Shown here: positions 13,710 to 26,944 of the stretch, one piece after another
Numbering within the stretch: position 1 is the first letter of the stretch
How the letters are laid out: each line of letters opens with the position of its first letter
NCBI GenBank assembly: GCA_965649765.1
Contig: OZ287748.1
Location: forward strand, 15,314,001 to 15,378,000
DNA: 64,000 nucleotides
From: Bispira polyomma
Taxonomy: Eukaryota
Direction of reading: 5' to 3'
Notes under the pieces: generated by a model
Databases searched by the model: none
Told to the model about the DNA's origin: nothing
Seen by the model: the letters and a program-made list of their open reading frames with translations, nothing else
Position numbers and translations under genes: made by a program

Positions 13710-13987
13710 GCAACGTGGTAAATATAACCAATGATGACTAAGAATAAATTGCTAGTAGCAATATGGTAAGTATAACCAATCATAGCTAAAAATAAGAAAT
13801 AAAGCAATATGGTAAATATAACCAATGACAACTACAAAATAAATGACATGCTAGTGCAGCAATATGGTAAATATAACCAGTGATAACTAAAATTAAAATG
13901 CTACTGTAGCAATATGGTAAATATAACCAATCGTAGCTAAACATAAAAGATAAAGCAATATGGTAAAAAATAACCAATCATAGCTTA
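13710..13987 (+). repeat. Six-unit tandem array (46-55 bp period), core gcaatatggtaaatataaccaa
   Basis: Core at ~13710, 13758, 13804, 13859, 13909 and 13955, directly upstream of YR element 1. Confidence 0.9.
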
Positions 13988-14355
13988 AACAATTTAAGAG
14001 AATTAAAGCCCTAAGGCAAAGAAGTGCCGAAGTCACTGCATAACAGAAGGCATGGCTTGTCAGTCGCTAAAGATATCACCTTTACGGTAATTTGTTGACA
14101 AGCATGGGTTGTTTGAGTCACTAAGCAGAAGTATTGGGGACAAGAGTATTTGCCGCCCTTTTTCATAATTAGCTTCGAAATTGAACAAGAAGGAAGCACA
14201 AAACTTTTAATTTGGACGCCATATTGGATAATTATACATGGTGATTTTAATGAAGTGGTTTTTAGTCAAATGTTTTTAGTAATCATTGATTTTAACATTT
14301 AAGAACATTTTATATATATACCACCATATTGTGTACAGAATTGTGTTTAAAAAGA

Positions 14356-15693
14356 ATGGGCCGGACAAAGAAGACAAAAGACTTACCAGAATGCTCAAAG
14401 TGTCAAAGTAGGCATGAAAGACCCGTCGGGACAAGATGTAAAAAAGCTACAGTATCTAACATGTCATTCACAGAAGAAGCTGATGAAGATCTTCAGTCGC
14501 CACCGGATGTAACAACAACCATACAAACTGTAAGTACATCTGATAACATGTACCGACAAATCTGTGAAAAACAACAGTTAATGATGGAAACTATTATGGA
14601 ATCCGTCACTAAACTACAGCAGGATGTAGCAGTATTACAACACAGAGACCCCATAGTCATTCCCAAGGTACAGAGCATGCCTACACCACTTCCCGTAGTG
14701 TCAGCGTCACTGAGCAACAAGGACGACGGTTATACACTGCAACAACAAGAAGTTGATCGAATATCACGACCGATTCCGGCTCCACGTAGACGGACATTAA
14801 CAGATCAGATTCATCCACTGTACACGTCAGGGACCACATTAGAGCAGATAGAACAACAACCAGGGATGACACATCAGGCTTCGCGTAACACACTGGCAAA
14901 CTCGCTCATACAGTCCTCGTTCACGGACAGCCTTATGGGGGGCATTAACGACATAGTACCTACACCAGATGTTTTACATCAGTCAGCAAAGATACAAAAC
15001 GAAGTCACAGCACGACTACAACAGTATGAGAGCATGACGGCGCACGAACTACTTCAGGGTAAGTCCTTATTAAAGAGAAAGTCAGGCAGGTATAACGTGT
15101 CAGATATATGTACTACAGATCCCATTTTCCGCTGGCCTAACGAGGGGTGTGTCTCTGGTATACACAAGAAACGCGTCTCATATGAGGACATTTCTATCGC
15201 ACAATTCGCATCGGGTCAGATAGCAAATATTCTAGAAGTAAAAAATTCAACAATATCCAGAGCCATGATGAAACAGTTAGGTGACACATTGCGCGACGCA
15301 GCTAATATCTCGTGGCCAGTTGCCAAGGGCGCATATGCAACAAATATGCACGACATAGAGGAGGGCAGGCTGACATGGTTAGACGACACAAAGTGGATAA
15401 TGAACAGGCTGTCATACTCTCAGGCTTTAATGTCAACGACAGGCCACAACGCACACACATCTAGCTCTCATCAGAGCACACATTCCAGCAATTCACAGTC
15501 AACGAAAACGCGAATTCCATGTCGGCATTTTCAAAAGGATCAGTGTCATCAGACAGCGGATCATGAGAACGCTACGATGATTTTCAAGCACATTTGCAGC
15601 CACTGTTTTAGGCAAACTAAAAGAGAGAATGCTCACCCGGAGAGCAAATGCTACAAGGTACATGGTCGACCAACAACAGCAACAACACAATAG
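14356..15693 (+). CDS. gag: Gag-like ORF1 of YR element 1
   Basis: First ATG (MGRTKK) at 14356; N-terminal CSKCQSRHERPVGTRC (Cx2Cx3Hx7C); conserved KSGR/RWPNE block; C-terminal CCH plus Cx2C..H..C zinc motifs. Confidence 0.85.
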   Translation: MGRTKKTKDLPECSKCQSRHERPVGTRCKKATVSNMSFTEEADEDLQSPPDVTTTIQTVSTSDNMYRQICEKQQLMMETIMESVTKLQQDVAVLQHRDPIVIPKVQSMPTPLPVVSASLSNKDDGYTLQQQEVDRISRPIPAPRRRTLTDQIHPLYTSGTTLEQIEQQPGMTHQASRNTLANSLIQSSFTDSLMGGINDIVPTPDVLHQSAKIQNEVTARLQQYESMTAHELLQGKSLLKRKSGRYNVSDICTTDPIFRWPNEGCVSGIHKKRVSYEDISIAQFASGQIANILEVKNSTISRAMMKQLGDTLRDAANISWPVAKGAYATNMHDIEEGRLTWLDDTKWIMNRLSYSQALMSTTGHNAHTSSSHQSTHSSNSQSTKTRIPCRHFQKDQCHQTADHENATMIFKHICSHCFRQTKRENAHPESKCYKVHGRPTTATTQ

Positions 15694-15714
15694 GACAACA
15701 GACTGGCTATAGAG

Positions 15715-18700
15715 ATGACAGATGTAAAAGTACGGGATAATGTTGAAGTGCATAAGGGGGTAGATAAATACTCAAACTCTGATAATGCAATGTTTAGTAG
15801 TGACAGAAATTTAAGGGCAAAATTAGACGATAACAGATTAATATTAGATAGTGGTAACAAAGGGGGAGGCATAGATGATCAGAGAGACAAACAAAGTGTA
15901 AATAGTACGACAAATACAAATATACTACAAATAAGCGCCAAACTGAATGAGAACATTATAAGTAACAGGAACGGAAAAAGTAATAGAAATCACAGAGTAA
16001 ATAGAAGGGATATTTATTGTATAAATAGTATTGATAAAAACAGTGAACTTGATAAAGCTGAAATGGGTGGCAAAACCACCAGTGTAAATAGAAAAAATAA
16101 TACACATAATCAGAATAACAGAATAAGTACAAAAAGGTGCGAAGATAAGAACAATAGTCATGTCAAGCAGGTGTTAGAAAGTAGAAATGAAAGGTGTGAA
16201 GTAAGGACAAATGTAAAAAAGTGTGAACAAGAACAGGTGTTAGGAAATCAAAGCAAAAAGTGTAAACTGAAAGTAAATACTGATTGTTCTAGAAACAATG
16301 TAGGCATAGGAGAAAATAGTGAATATCATAGTGATAGTAATAGCATGACATTGGTAGATGTGTATATACAAAGCTATGGTGGTGCAAATGGGACACCAAG
16401 TGTTTTTTATATAGTTAGTCGAGAAAGACCTGATATGACAGGGGTATATTGGGAAACATATGTCAACAATGTACGTACATTTGAAAAGGCCACTTATCAA
16501 CTAAATAATATTTGGCCAGTTGTATATTGTATGTCTACGTATATGAATGTAATGAATGAGATCACACAGCTAAAGGTCAACAACAACACACACAAACAAA
16601 ACAAAAAGATAACAAATAATTTCAACACTTCAAAAACTCATACAAAGACAAAAGTAAGCAGTACTAGCTATTATGTGAACATAATAGATGAACTATGTCA
16701 AAACATTGACAACATACCAAAGAAACAGACAATATATGCAGAACAGACACACAAGTCTAACACACAAATTCAAAAGAACATTCAGTATGCTCGGAACACA
16801 CACAATAAGAAACTAGAAATAAGGGCAAAACTTAGGGAACGAATAAGCAGTAAAGAAATACAAGATAACACAATACAACAAAACGATAAAGAAGATATTC
16901 ATACTTCAGCAACAGTGACATCTTTATTGAATGAAATCACAAACAAAACACACAAATTAAAAAAGGAAAGAGGAATACAGAATACTGGACAGCTTACAAA
17001 CAACAGAACTAATAATAGAGCATATGAGTTCATTACCCAAGATGACCTTAATGATTCATTCAATGGACCTGACAAGAAACCAGTGGACATAAATACTTAT
17101 AAGAAATTAAAAGAAGTAAGTGACATAATAAGGAACACAGGAGTAGAAAACTACAAAGTAGCAAGAATTCCTGTTAGGTCAAGTCTGAATATACATAATT
17201 GGAAAAAATACTTACAGGACTATCACGACCAATTACTAATTCAATATTTGGAATTCGGTTTTCCGATACCATTATATGACAGAAACAGACTAAATACAAA
17301 GAACATTACGAATCACTATTCAGCGAAGGCTCACCCTGAATACATAGATAAATACTTTGATACTGAAATAAGTAAAGAGACAATAATAGGACCAATTGAC
17401 GTAGATATACATACAGAATTTCATTGCTCACCACTGTTAACTAGACCTAAGGATAATAACCAAAGACGTCTTATTTTAAATTTATCTCATCCCATAGGAG
17501 CTTCAGTAAATGACTGCACTCATAAGGAGACATATGACAAAATGAACTTCCAATTAAAACTACCAACAACAGACCAGATAGTTGATCATATAGAACAAAT
17601 AGGGGACTGTTAGCAAAGGTGGACATAGCCCACGCGTTCAGAAATTTAAAAGTTGATCCGTATGATAGTCTAAAACTAGGATACCAGTGGAACGGAAAGT
17701 ACTATATTGATCAGAGCTGGACGTTCGGTCTGACACATGGAACGGCGGTATTCATGCGAGTCTCAGATGCAATAACATATATAATGAATAAGAATGGTTT
17801 CAAAGTGTTCAACTATATCGACGATTTTATCATTTGCGAGTCACAAAATAAAGCCCATCGAGCATATGAACTATTACAAAAGATATTAACAGACGTTGGT
17901 TTACCGATAAACGAGAAAAAGTTAGTTGCACCAGCAAAAAGAGTCACATGCATGGGCATTACGATTGATATTATCAACAGCACACTGAGTATCGATGATG
18001 ATAAGTTGAAATCAATATATGAAACATGTGTGGTATTTAAACATCTTAAGAAGGTGACAAAGCATAAATACCAGTCATTACTGGGTAAACTGCTATACAT
18101 ACAACGCTGTATAAAATCATCTCGAATCTTTATGAATCGTATGTTGAAAGTATTGCGAGATCATACAAGTCAAAAAACAATATACCTGACCGAAGAATTT
18201 AAGAAAGACCTAAACTGGTTTCTGCAATTTCTGATTCAATTTAACTGAACAACAAGTTATAAAGCAAAAGACAGAAATGCAGAAATTCTCTTACACGTCG
18301 ATGCATGCTTAGAGGGCATTGGAGGGATTGCAGATGGACACGTGTTCACTGCTCCACTCCCACACTGGATAAAACAAGATCTATCCATTGTGCACTTCGA
18401 AATGATCAGCGTACTTATCGCATTTAAATTATGGGCGCATAAATGGACAGACAAATTAGTAAAAATAAAATCAGACAATGCAGCTGTGGTCTCTATAGTT
18501 CAGTCTTCAAAATCCAGAGACACATGTCTCAGCACATGTTTAAGGAATCTATGGCTAATGTGTGCTACATATAACATAGAAATCATTATAGAACACATTG
18601 CGGGAAAAAAGAACATTTTGGCTGATACATTATCAAGATGGCATGATTTGGGGATTTATACAGAACAAATTAAGACAATTATAGAAAAACAATTTACTAT

Positions 18701-18746
18701 GGAAAAAGTGCATATTGAAATGTTTATTCTAAATGACAACATATAA
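15715..18746 (+). pseudogene. pol: pol (RT + RNase H) of YR element 1, with a frameshift at ~17610 and a nonsense TGA at 18246-18248
   Basis: SPLLTRPK, RRLILNLS, KVDIAHAF, YIDD, RNase H HVDAC/HFEM/SDN/LADTLSR split over three ORF pieces. Confidence 0.9.
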
Positions 18747-18752
18747 TTTCAG

Positions 18753-19732
18753 ACACACCCAAGACACTACAGCCACTACTACATAAAGCCATAAAAAGAA
18801 TAGGAGAGAGCCATAGACCACGGACGAACAGACAATACGACAGACACATGAGACTTTACATGGCATTTATAGTTTATCACAAGATTCAGCATGCATTCAA
18901 TTTCTGCAGAGTTCTGGGTTTCCTAGAATACCTACAACAGAATGGTATATCATATAAAGTCATTAACAACTATTTGGCCTCGATCAGATATCAGGCGAAA
19001 CGTCTGAATATCACAGACTCTCAGCTTTATGACCCAAGAATAACTTTGTATCAAAGATCTTTAGTACGGAATAGTACTTTCAAGCCCACCCCAAAAGGAA
19101 TTTTTAACCTCAAACAATTACACACAATTTCCAGACAATGTCAGCTAACTACATTTCCAGAACTGTACAGAACTGCATTCTTATTTGCATTTTTTGGATT
19201 TCTCAGGATTTCAAACCTTACACCTCAGTCACTTACCACTTTTGACCCAACAAGACACATTACACGATCAGATGTGATATTCGAAAAGCCAGGAATACAC
19301 TTGATACTAAAATGGTCAAAAACAAACCAAAATAGGACAGAACATGACGTAATACAATTACCTACCCTGAGAAATCCTTGGCTCTGCCCAGTAACAGCAG
19401 CAAAAGCACTAATGAATAAATATCCATTACAAGGTCAAGCACCATTACTAGCAAATCCTAAAAATGGAGGTAAATGTGTCACAGATACACAACTTAGAAC
19501 AGTATTAAGAACGATACTAACCCGAAGCAACATACCTCACACAGGTCACTCCTTTCATTGTTTTCGAAGGTCAGGGGCATCCCTGGCTTTCAACAGCAAT
19601 GTAAAACTTCAGAACATCCAGAAACACGGCTGTTGGAAGTCGGATGCTGTTTGGACATATTTACAGGCAACGTCACATGCAGCATCAATAATTCCTAACA
19701 CTTTTGCTGCTCTTATCCCCCCATCTTTCTAA
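18753..19732 (+). CDS. Tyrosine recombinase of YR element 1 (start placed at the predicted splice acceptor; first ATG 18848)
   Basis: FFGFLRISN (Arg I), KWSKT (Lys), HCFRRSGA (HxxR), HGCW, WTY (catalytic Tyr). Homology to element 2 extends upstream of the first ATG. Confidence 0.9.
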
Positions 19733-21009
19733 ATTTTTGGCTTTTGGCATTTTAAAAATTTTAAATAGTAAAATTTTTCTGTATAGTTGTACAAAAATTT
19801 GTAAATCTGTAAATAAATATGACTCCAAACAGCATCTGAATTTTCATATGAATATATATCTTACACTTCCCCCCCGACTGAGTGTTAAACCCACAATCCT
19901 TAGATATTCTACAAATATGTACAAGGGAGGAGGGTTGGGAGATTTTTGATGTTGTTAGTTTGATTTCTGACTTATCAGCGAGATTATAAGAAAGGGCGCG
20001 AAACGCTGAGGAGAGTAGAGGTGTTATCTAAATGCAGCATTGGGGTGAGAAGTGACTGTGATAAGCAAGTAGTTTTGAAATAGAAGTACAGTAAAGTATA
20101 GCATTTCCGCGGCTGACTAGCCATGCTACTTCGTGGCAGTGACGAAGAAACGTGTTAGTGATACAGCATGTGTTACTCACAGAACCTCTGTCCATTGGCA
20201 ACCAGTCAACATCACTGAAATGTTATTTTGTTTTCCTTCGGTACCATGTAATAGGAATGTTAGTACACCAGACTCTCCTGTTTAGGAAAATTATAATTTA
20301 GGCTGTTACTAATTGCTAGAAGTCTGTATCTGTAACCTATTTCCGTTTTTTTCCATTTGCTAGCAATGGTTTCCTCTCAGGGTCAAAAGGACAGTAATTG
20401 AGGTAATATTTGTCTCTGCTAAAATTATTTAGAGGGCTATTCATCAGACATAAACGATTTATTAAATTCAGTCATTCTCTGTTTTGGTAAAACAATGCTT
20501 TGAACCAAAGAGCTAGCAGGAGATTGATTTCGTGTAATGTCATAGATTTTCTAGCCATAGCTTATTAATAAGAGCTTTTTTTATTGACTGCTACTACTTC
20601 AGATATTTTTACTAGTGTCAATGAAATTATATTATATTCCTGATGAAGCTATAAATCTAATTAGAAATACTTTAAAGTCGGAGTATTTATTGATTTTTGA
20701 AGTATGTGTATAGCACAAAATTGATGTATTTCATCCTGTAAAGCATTTGTTCTTTAAAAATTAATAATTATACAAAATAACATTCATCGTTATCCAAATA
20801 CAACAGCGTGTAGACTTCTTACACAAAACAGATTAAACCAGAAGTTAAACCAGGGACCTTCTGGCTAATGCCAGGGCATAGAAGACCACAGTGCCCCTTC
20901 TTTAACCCTGCAGTTGGTGAGACTTTGTTAATTAAAAACGAACAAGTTGGCAGAAATTAGTTTAATTTCTATATTATTTTCGACATAGTATGTACAAAAT
21001 GTGGTTTAC

Positions 21010-21250
21010 ATAAGGTTAAAGCCACCTAAGTTGATTTTTGAGTTTAAGTGTGACTTAAACACATTGATATTAAGTTGACCTTAACTTGAATTAATGTTGA
21101 ATCACACTAAAATAAATGAGTGAGTAAAATACCCATTAAGTTTAAGGTCGCCCTAACCTGATTTTAAGGTTAAGCTTGACTAAGCCAATATTAGCTGCAA
21201 CCGTATATAAAGGTTGGTTTGAGATAATTGAGTTAAAGGTGGCTAAACCA
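21010..21250. repeat. Cluster of degenerate TAAGG-NNN-CCTTA palindromes (resembles 3' regions of YR elements 3 and 4)
   Basis: taagttgacctta (~21071), taaggtcgcccta (~21143), and repeated taaggtt. Confidence 0.45.
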
Positions 21251-22804
21251 ATATAACTGTAACTCTACACATAAATAAATATGGGATATTAATATTTTGA
21301 GGGTTTGTCTAGGTTCTGTAGAAAATGCTATATCGTTGTAAATTAACCGAAAAACCCCAACAAAACCCTTCTACCTTTATCAAACTAGTTTTAATCTTTG
21401 CCAGAATCAGTTTACTTCACCATTACTTTACCATTTTATTCAGTTTATATATATTATAGTTTTATTAAAAATGTCTATAACAAAAATGTTAAAATTCTAA
21501 TAGCCATTATTAGACCCTCTAAATCCTAGATATTTCTGTATGATAGAGATTATTCATAGCTTATTTTGTGATAATTCAAGTAATTTTTTCAAAGAGACTT
21601 TCTGGGGTTATATGACAGATAAACTAAGATATTTCCCTGATCCTCACTTTGATGACACGTTGTTTCCATTTTCACAGAGGTGCTATACTTTACCATCTTC
21701 TTCTGTAGCTCTTTAGGGCTATGGCAAAAAGGTTTAAAGACCAGAAATTACTCCTTATGGTCATCACACATTTAAGGTTTGTGGCCACAGTTCCACCCTA
21801 GAATATACACGTATGTTTTAGACTACTATTTGATTAGGGCAGATACTTGGCCAGTAATTGACTTACTGTCAGCTAAGCAGTCTACAGCTTGAGGCTCTAT
21901 CCAAAGAATGTCTTGGTCTTTACCTTAATATTTGCTATTAGTCCTCTTGTTAAGAGTAAATCTAACACTAAGCAAAGATCCCTTTTACTGTCACTGGGAT
22001 TATATCCAAAAGTATTGCAACATGCTTCAAATTTTGTTTTTTCAATGGTAATTTTTATTGTTTGTACAAATTGCATCTTTCATAAATTTGAAGCAGTTTC
22101 TAGCAAAGAATTTGACACTTTAAAAGATAATTGTATTTCTTTTTTCACACTGACCAGGAAGAGGTTTTGAAAGCTGGCTTTTGGAAAATAATTGAACTTG
22201 AAACAATCCAACCGTTTTTGTAGGCCCTTAGTTTCCCCATGGAAAGTAATTCAGTGGTAATCACATGCTAAAATCCATTTTATGCATTTTTGATAGCTTT
22301 TGAGAAAAACTAAAAAAGTGCAGCTTTTCCTGATGAAGTGGATTGTTAAATATTAATAGCTTTCAGCCATGTACTTTTTTATAGCTTCTAAAACAAGAAA
22401 AAAGTTCTTTTCTCAATTGCTTGTTAAATATTAACATAGAAACTTGAGAAAAAAAATTTCGAAACGTATTTGTGTTTCAAAAATTTTTTTTCAGATGTGC
22501 CATTTTCACATTCTATTGACCATTTTTATCAACAGGAATGTAAATATATTCTCTTTTACACAAGTTGTGATTAAGATATCCCTTGTTTTGATTTTTGTCT
22601 AGATAAATGTAGTGTATGTGAAATATATGTCTCTTGTCCCAAATGCTGAAAACTTTGAAAAGGGTAATATTTTTTAAAAAGGTCTTGTTTCATAACTCCT
22701 TAGCTTAAATATGGTTGTGGTTTGGTTCATTAAGCGATCATATTACCAAATGCATCACCTATAATGTTATAAAGACAAAAATGATAAAGAAATAGTGAAG
22801 CGGA

Positions 22805-23143
22805 GAGAGCTCTCAATAGAGTGAATAACTCCACCACCACGATGCAAAAGTGCCACAAAATAAAAATAATCCAAAAAAAAAAAAAAAAACATAACAAAAA
22901 AAAAGATTTCTGGATCACCTCTTCGATTGAATGTACCAAATTATAAGGAAGTCTCCCTTCATCTGTGCACCATTCCTCCATGTAAGTTGTTTAAGTAGTT
23001 TTTGTGTAATCCTGACAAAGGAGGTCTCCCTTCATCTGTGCACCATTCCTCTATGTAAGTTGTTTAAGTAGTTTTTGTGTAATCCTGACAAACAACTAAG
23101 CCAACCAGCCAACAACAAAACAAACCTGCTTGCTATAGGTAAT
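22805..23143 (-). mobile_element. HINE/Helentron-like non-autonomous element with an internal 73-bp tandem duplication (22945-23092)
   Basis: Near-identical duplicated gtctcccttcatctgtgcaccattcctc..gtaatcctgacaaa; the end aatcctgacaaac..ccaaccagccaac..aggtaat is the reverse of the HINE-type start. Confidence 0.55.
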
Positions 23144-24424
23144 ATAGTGACAGTTTCACATATTATTTTTGAAAAATTTAAATAGAGTCTACTTAAACAA
23201 AAATCAGATATGTTTGTAAAGGCAGTAAAGCCAGTAAAAATTACCCATTAAAATATTTAGAATTATTGTTATTTGAGTATATTTTGATATCTGAGGGGTA
23301 AACAGGGGTTGTCTTTTAAAAAAAGATACAGTCGCACAGTGTGAAATACTCATATTCATATGGCCACAATATACTTAGGAAAATCTGACACCCCTCAGTT
23401 TGGACGGGTCAATTGCTTCCAACCAATCCATGACAACTTATTTTTAAGAAGGCCACACCCTTTTCAATGGCAGGGCTCATTTTAGAAAGAAAACAACATG
23501 CACCTTATAAATAGATGTGATGAGGTAATTAATTTTAAAATCATTAACCTACATATTGCTGGACTAAAATTACATCGTATTTGTTAAACATTCCCTGATC
23601 TTCAAGCCACTATGAAGTATTGAGTTTGTAATAGCAGGGAAATTGAATTAGTTCAGCTATTTGAGATTTTGAATTGCATTTACATTGTTCATAAAGGTGT
23701 TGGTCAAAATGTTTGTTTTTTTAAATTAATGGAATTTTCCTGATTGAATCAACAATTCTGGGATGGTGCTTGACCTGGTATTCCTTTCTATATGCAACAG
23801 CTATGTATGAGTTTTGAGTATTGTTGTTCCCTCATTGGGTGGTCAGGTGTTTCCTTCATAAATCAGATCTCAGCAAATTACTTGTTAAATATATGTATAT
23901 TTGAAGGAACAATGGTGCAATCATCAAATTAAAAATGTAACTTGGAAACTTACTGTTACATAAGTTTTACACATTGTGAAAATATTTTTAATGAAAATCA
24001 GACAAAGCAGGTTAGTGTATACCCTTGGCGGCAAGTTGTGTCATCTCACTCATGGTAACAGTACTGGCAATGGTCTTCAGGAATCCTTGTAAGAGCTGAT
24101 TGGATGAAATACTGGTCTGGTTGCACAAAAGTAGCCATGGCATCCTCTTAATGTGAAACACAGTCTGGGCTGGGAACTTAACAGTGGCCCACTTGCAGAC
24201 TTTCTGGGTGTAATGTCTTGACCTTTGGCAGAACTGAAAGGAGAAAAGGAAAGGTATTCTGGAAGAATGACATGTCATAGGGCAGGTACATTAAGAAATT
24301 GTTACCCAAACAAACATGTGTCATGAAATAAAGGAATTGCAAGAAACCAAATTTAAAAAAACAAACAAAAAGAGCAGCATAAAAGAACACATTCAGGACA
24401 TGACAGAGGGCAAATAAGATGTAT

Positions 24425-24980
24425 ATGATATAGCAACTTAGGTACATGGCATACAGCAACACATATCAAATACAAAGTACATGACATATACAGCAACACG
24501 TACAAAACACATGTAAGTACAACATGTACAAAAAACATGGAGGTATGGGGCACAGCTAAAGGTATAAAACACATACATTTACCTGGCATACAGCCATATG
24601 TACAAGACATATACAGGTACCTGGCATACAGGAACAGGTACAAAAACAGATGAATGTACATGAAATACAGTCTAAAACATGTACATGGCATCGATCAACA
24701 TGTACACAATGCATTAGGTACATGGCATACGGCAACATGGCCAAAGACATACAAGTATATGGCCTACAGCAACAAGTACAACAACACATACAAGGACATG
24801 GCATACAGGAAGAGGTATGAAAACAAATGGATGTACATGGCATAATGTTTGACCTACAGAACACATACATGTACATAGCATACATCAACACGTACAACAC
24901 AAATTAAGTACACGGCATACAGCAACATGTACAAAAACAACCAATATAGGTACACGCATACAGCAGCATGTACATACAGT
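24425..24980. repeat. Degenerate minisatellite (tacatggcatacagcaacatgtacaa-like units)
   Basis: Recurrent ggcatacagcaac / gtacatggcat; accounts for the Cys/Met/Tyr-rich spurious ORFs. Confidence 0.8.
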
Positions 24981-25904
24981 AACATTATAGTTGACTGAGA
25001 AATGTGTTAAATAGGGTGTGTGCAGTTCAAATAACAATGTTTAACTAAAATGGTAAAACATAAGCAGACTCTATTTTAATAAACACACTAGTAATAAAAT
25101 GATATAGAAAATCATTCAAATAGAACGGTAAAGAAAACTTAACCGGTGCTCTTGCACACTGACTAGGATATGCGCCACAGAGGATGCCTGGTCATCGATT
25201 GTGGCGCTATAGAAGTAAAAAACATTAACATTAACTTGGGAAATGAACATGGAGCTACAGTTCTATATTACATGAAGCAGAAACACAGATGGAATTGGCA
25301 GCACTGAAATTTTATCTTTTTTTTGAAAAAAGTAGACTTTACAGATTGTATTTGCTATTAAACCATATTATTAAAAATAATTTTTAGTTAATTAGTCCTA
25401 AATTTGAAATCTGATATGACTTTCAGAGTAAATTGAATCTAAATCAGTCTAAACCTAAATAGATATAATTGTTGTTTTATTCTAGTAGTTCAATTGCTAT
25501 CAGCTCCACTACCCCTTGCATGAAAGTCTCAATAAATTTTATACATTCTTTGCTACATTCTATAATATTTATACAATGCTGTTTACACTAGTCGATTATA
25601 CAATCTATTGTTATACACTTTGATAATTACATTTAAGTTTAACAGCACTTTAAGTTTGATGCTCACTTTAAGGTTATAATATTATACAATTTAGGGTTAT
25701 CTTAATGATTCGACTTTAAAGTAAACTTATTATGCACTGATAGTGCTTATTAATACAGTTTCATTTAAGGTGCTCTTACTGAATTCAAAACTACCTTATT
25801 CTTGCACGAATGTGCTTAAATTGCTTAAATAATGTGACCTTAACTTGCATAAGGTTTAACTACACAAAATTAAAATACTGATACTGTAAAGTACATTATT
25901 CTAC

Positions 25905-26819
25905 GCTGACTGTATATACCTCCACACACAGTCGGACGTCTAGGTGCCATGATGCTTTATCTGATAAACTGGGATGTTTGCGTTACAAGCAAACGTCACA
26001 CCTGAACGTCAGAACGTTTAGAAGGTAAAAAAATGTGGATCAAGCCCTAATTGGGCATTCAATTTTGATAAAGTTTTTCTTATTCGTGTGTCTGTAAGAC
26101 TTGCCACCCTGCAGCAATTCTGTATTGGAAAGGAGGTTTATTCTCTTGTGGATCATACATTCTGAATATGTCAGATAGGGCTGTAAAGGGGCAAAGTACT
26201 GAATTGAGAAGTTTAGGGAGGGTGGTGATATTTACTTTATCTCTCTGTTGCATGGTCTTAGTCTATTCCAGCACAAACTTGACCATGGTTTTGGTAAAAA
26301 AATACATCACCACCTGCTAGGTGGCGTGTTCTAAGTGCTAATTGAATGGGGGCAATGTTCGAGATTATTAGGAATCCAAAGTGGGCCAAAAACACGGCTT
26401 TAAATACTTTGCCTATGTACAGGTTTTCTCATAATTTGATCAATTTCTCCAAGGTGGTTATATCTATGATGTTTTTGCTTACTACAGCCATAGGCCTTTT
26501 AATTCTCAAGGATTTTATAAAATACCTAATTTTGGTATGTTCTATACATTGGTATGGAAGGTCATACATTATGCATTTGGCCTAAATGCCAGAAACGTAG
26601 TTGCTTATCATATGCACTGTGACATTACTAGTCACCAAACATTCCAGAAAATATAATATCAATATTGCCAATATTGCTTGCACATTGATATTTTCAAATT
26701 TTATGTTTAGATGAAAACAGAAAAATACAAAAGTCCCAACAGTACTTGGCATTTCTGTGTATTGGGACAGAAGGCTTTTCGGAGTCTCAGGCTGGCTTGT
26801 CCAGAAAAGTGGGCCAACG
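25905..26819 (-). pseudogene. YR pseudogene of element 4
   Basis: Broken frames: LRKAFCPNTQK, FLECLVT..ISNYVSG, FKAVFLAHFGFL, TKTMQ, LCPF, TF*RSGVTFA, HGT*TSDCVWRYI. Confidence 0.8.
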
Positions 26820-26944
26820 CTACAAAAAAGCATAGTATCATTAATTATTATAATATTATTACTGGCAAGCCTAGGCTAGACTGTAAACTCTATACATAAC
26901 ACATATTTTATAACCAATTGACACACATATGATATAATACATTG

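Larger units (their letters stand above)
14020..19850 (+). mobile_element. YR retrotransposon 1 (DIRS order, Ngaro-like: gag, RT-RNase H, YR; no methylase domain seen); pol disrupted; boundaries approximate
   Basis: Gene order and motifs as listed for its ORFs; homologous throughout to the element at 35761-42894. Confidence 0.9.

Noticed and set aside
13710-13987. CRISPR-like repeat/spacer appearance
   Set aside because: Linkers are related to each other, repeats are degenerate, there are no cas genes and the context is eukaryotic; it is a minisatellite.
18848-19732. Phage integrase / prophage or bacterial contamination
   Set aside because: The YR is linked to DIRS-type gag and RT-RNase H and embedded among spliceosomal genes and SINEs.
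20640-22340. Hammerhead ribozyme cores (CTGATGA at ~20640 and ~22330)
   Set aside because: No flanking stems or correctly placed GAAA seen.
24012-24235. Exon-like GC-richer segment on the minus strand after a tttcag acceptor
   Set aside because: No recognisable domain or partner exons; cannot be supported.
24178-24900. Cys/Met/Tyr-rich ORFs (metallothionein-like)
   Set aside because: They arise in several frames and on both strands from a minisatellite.
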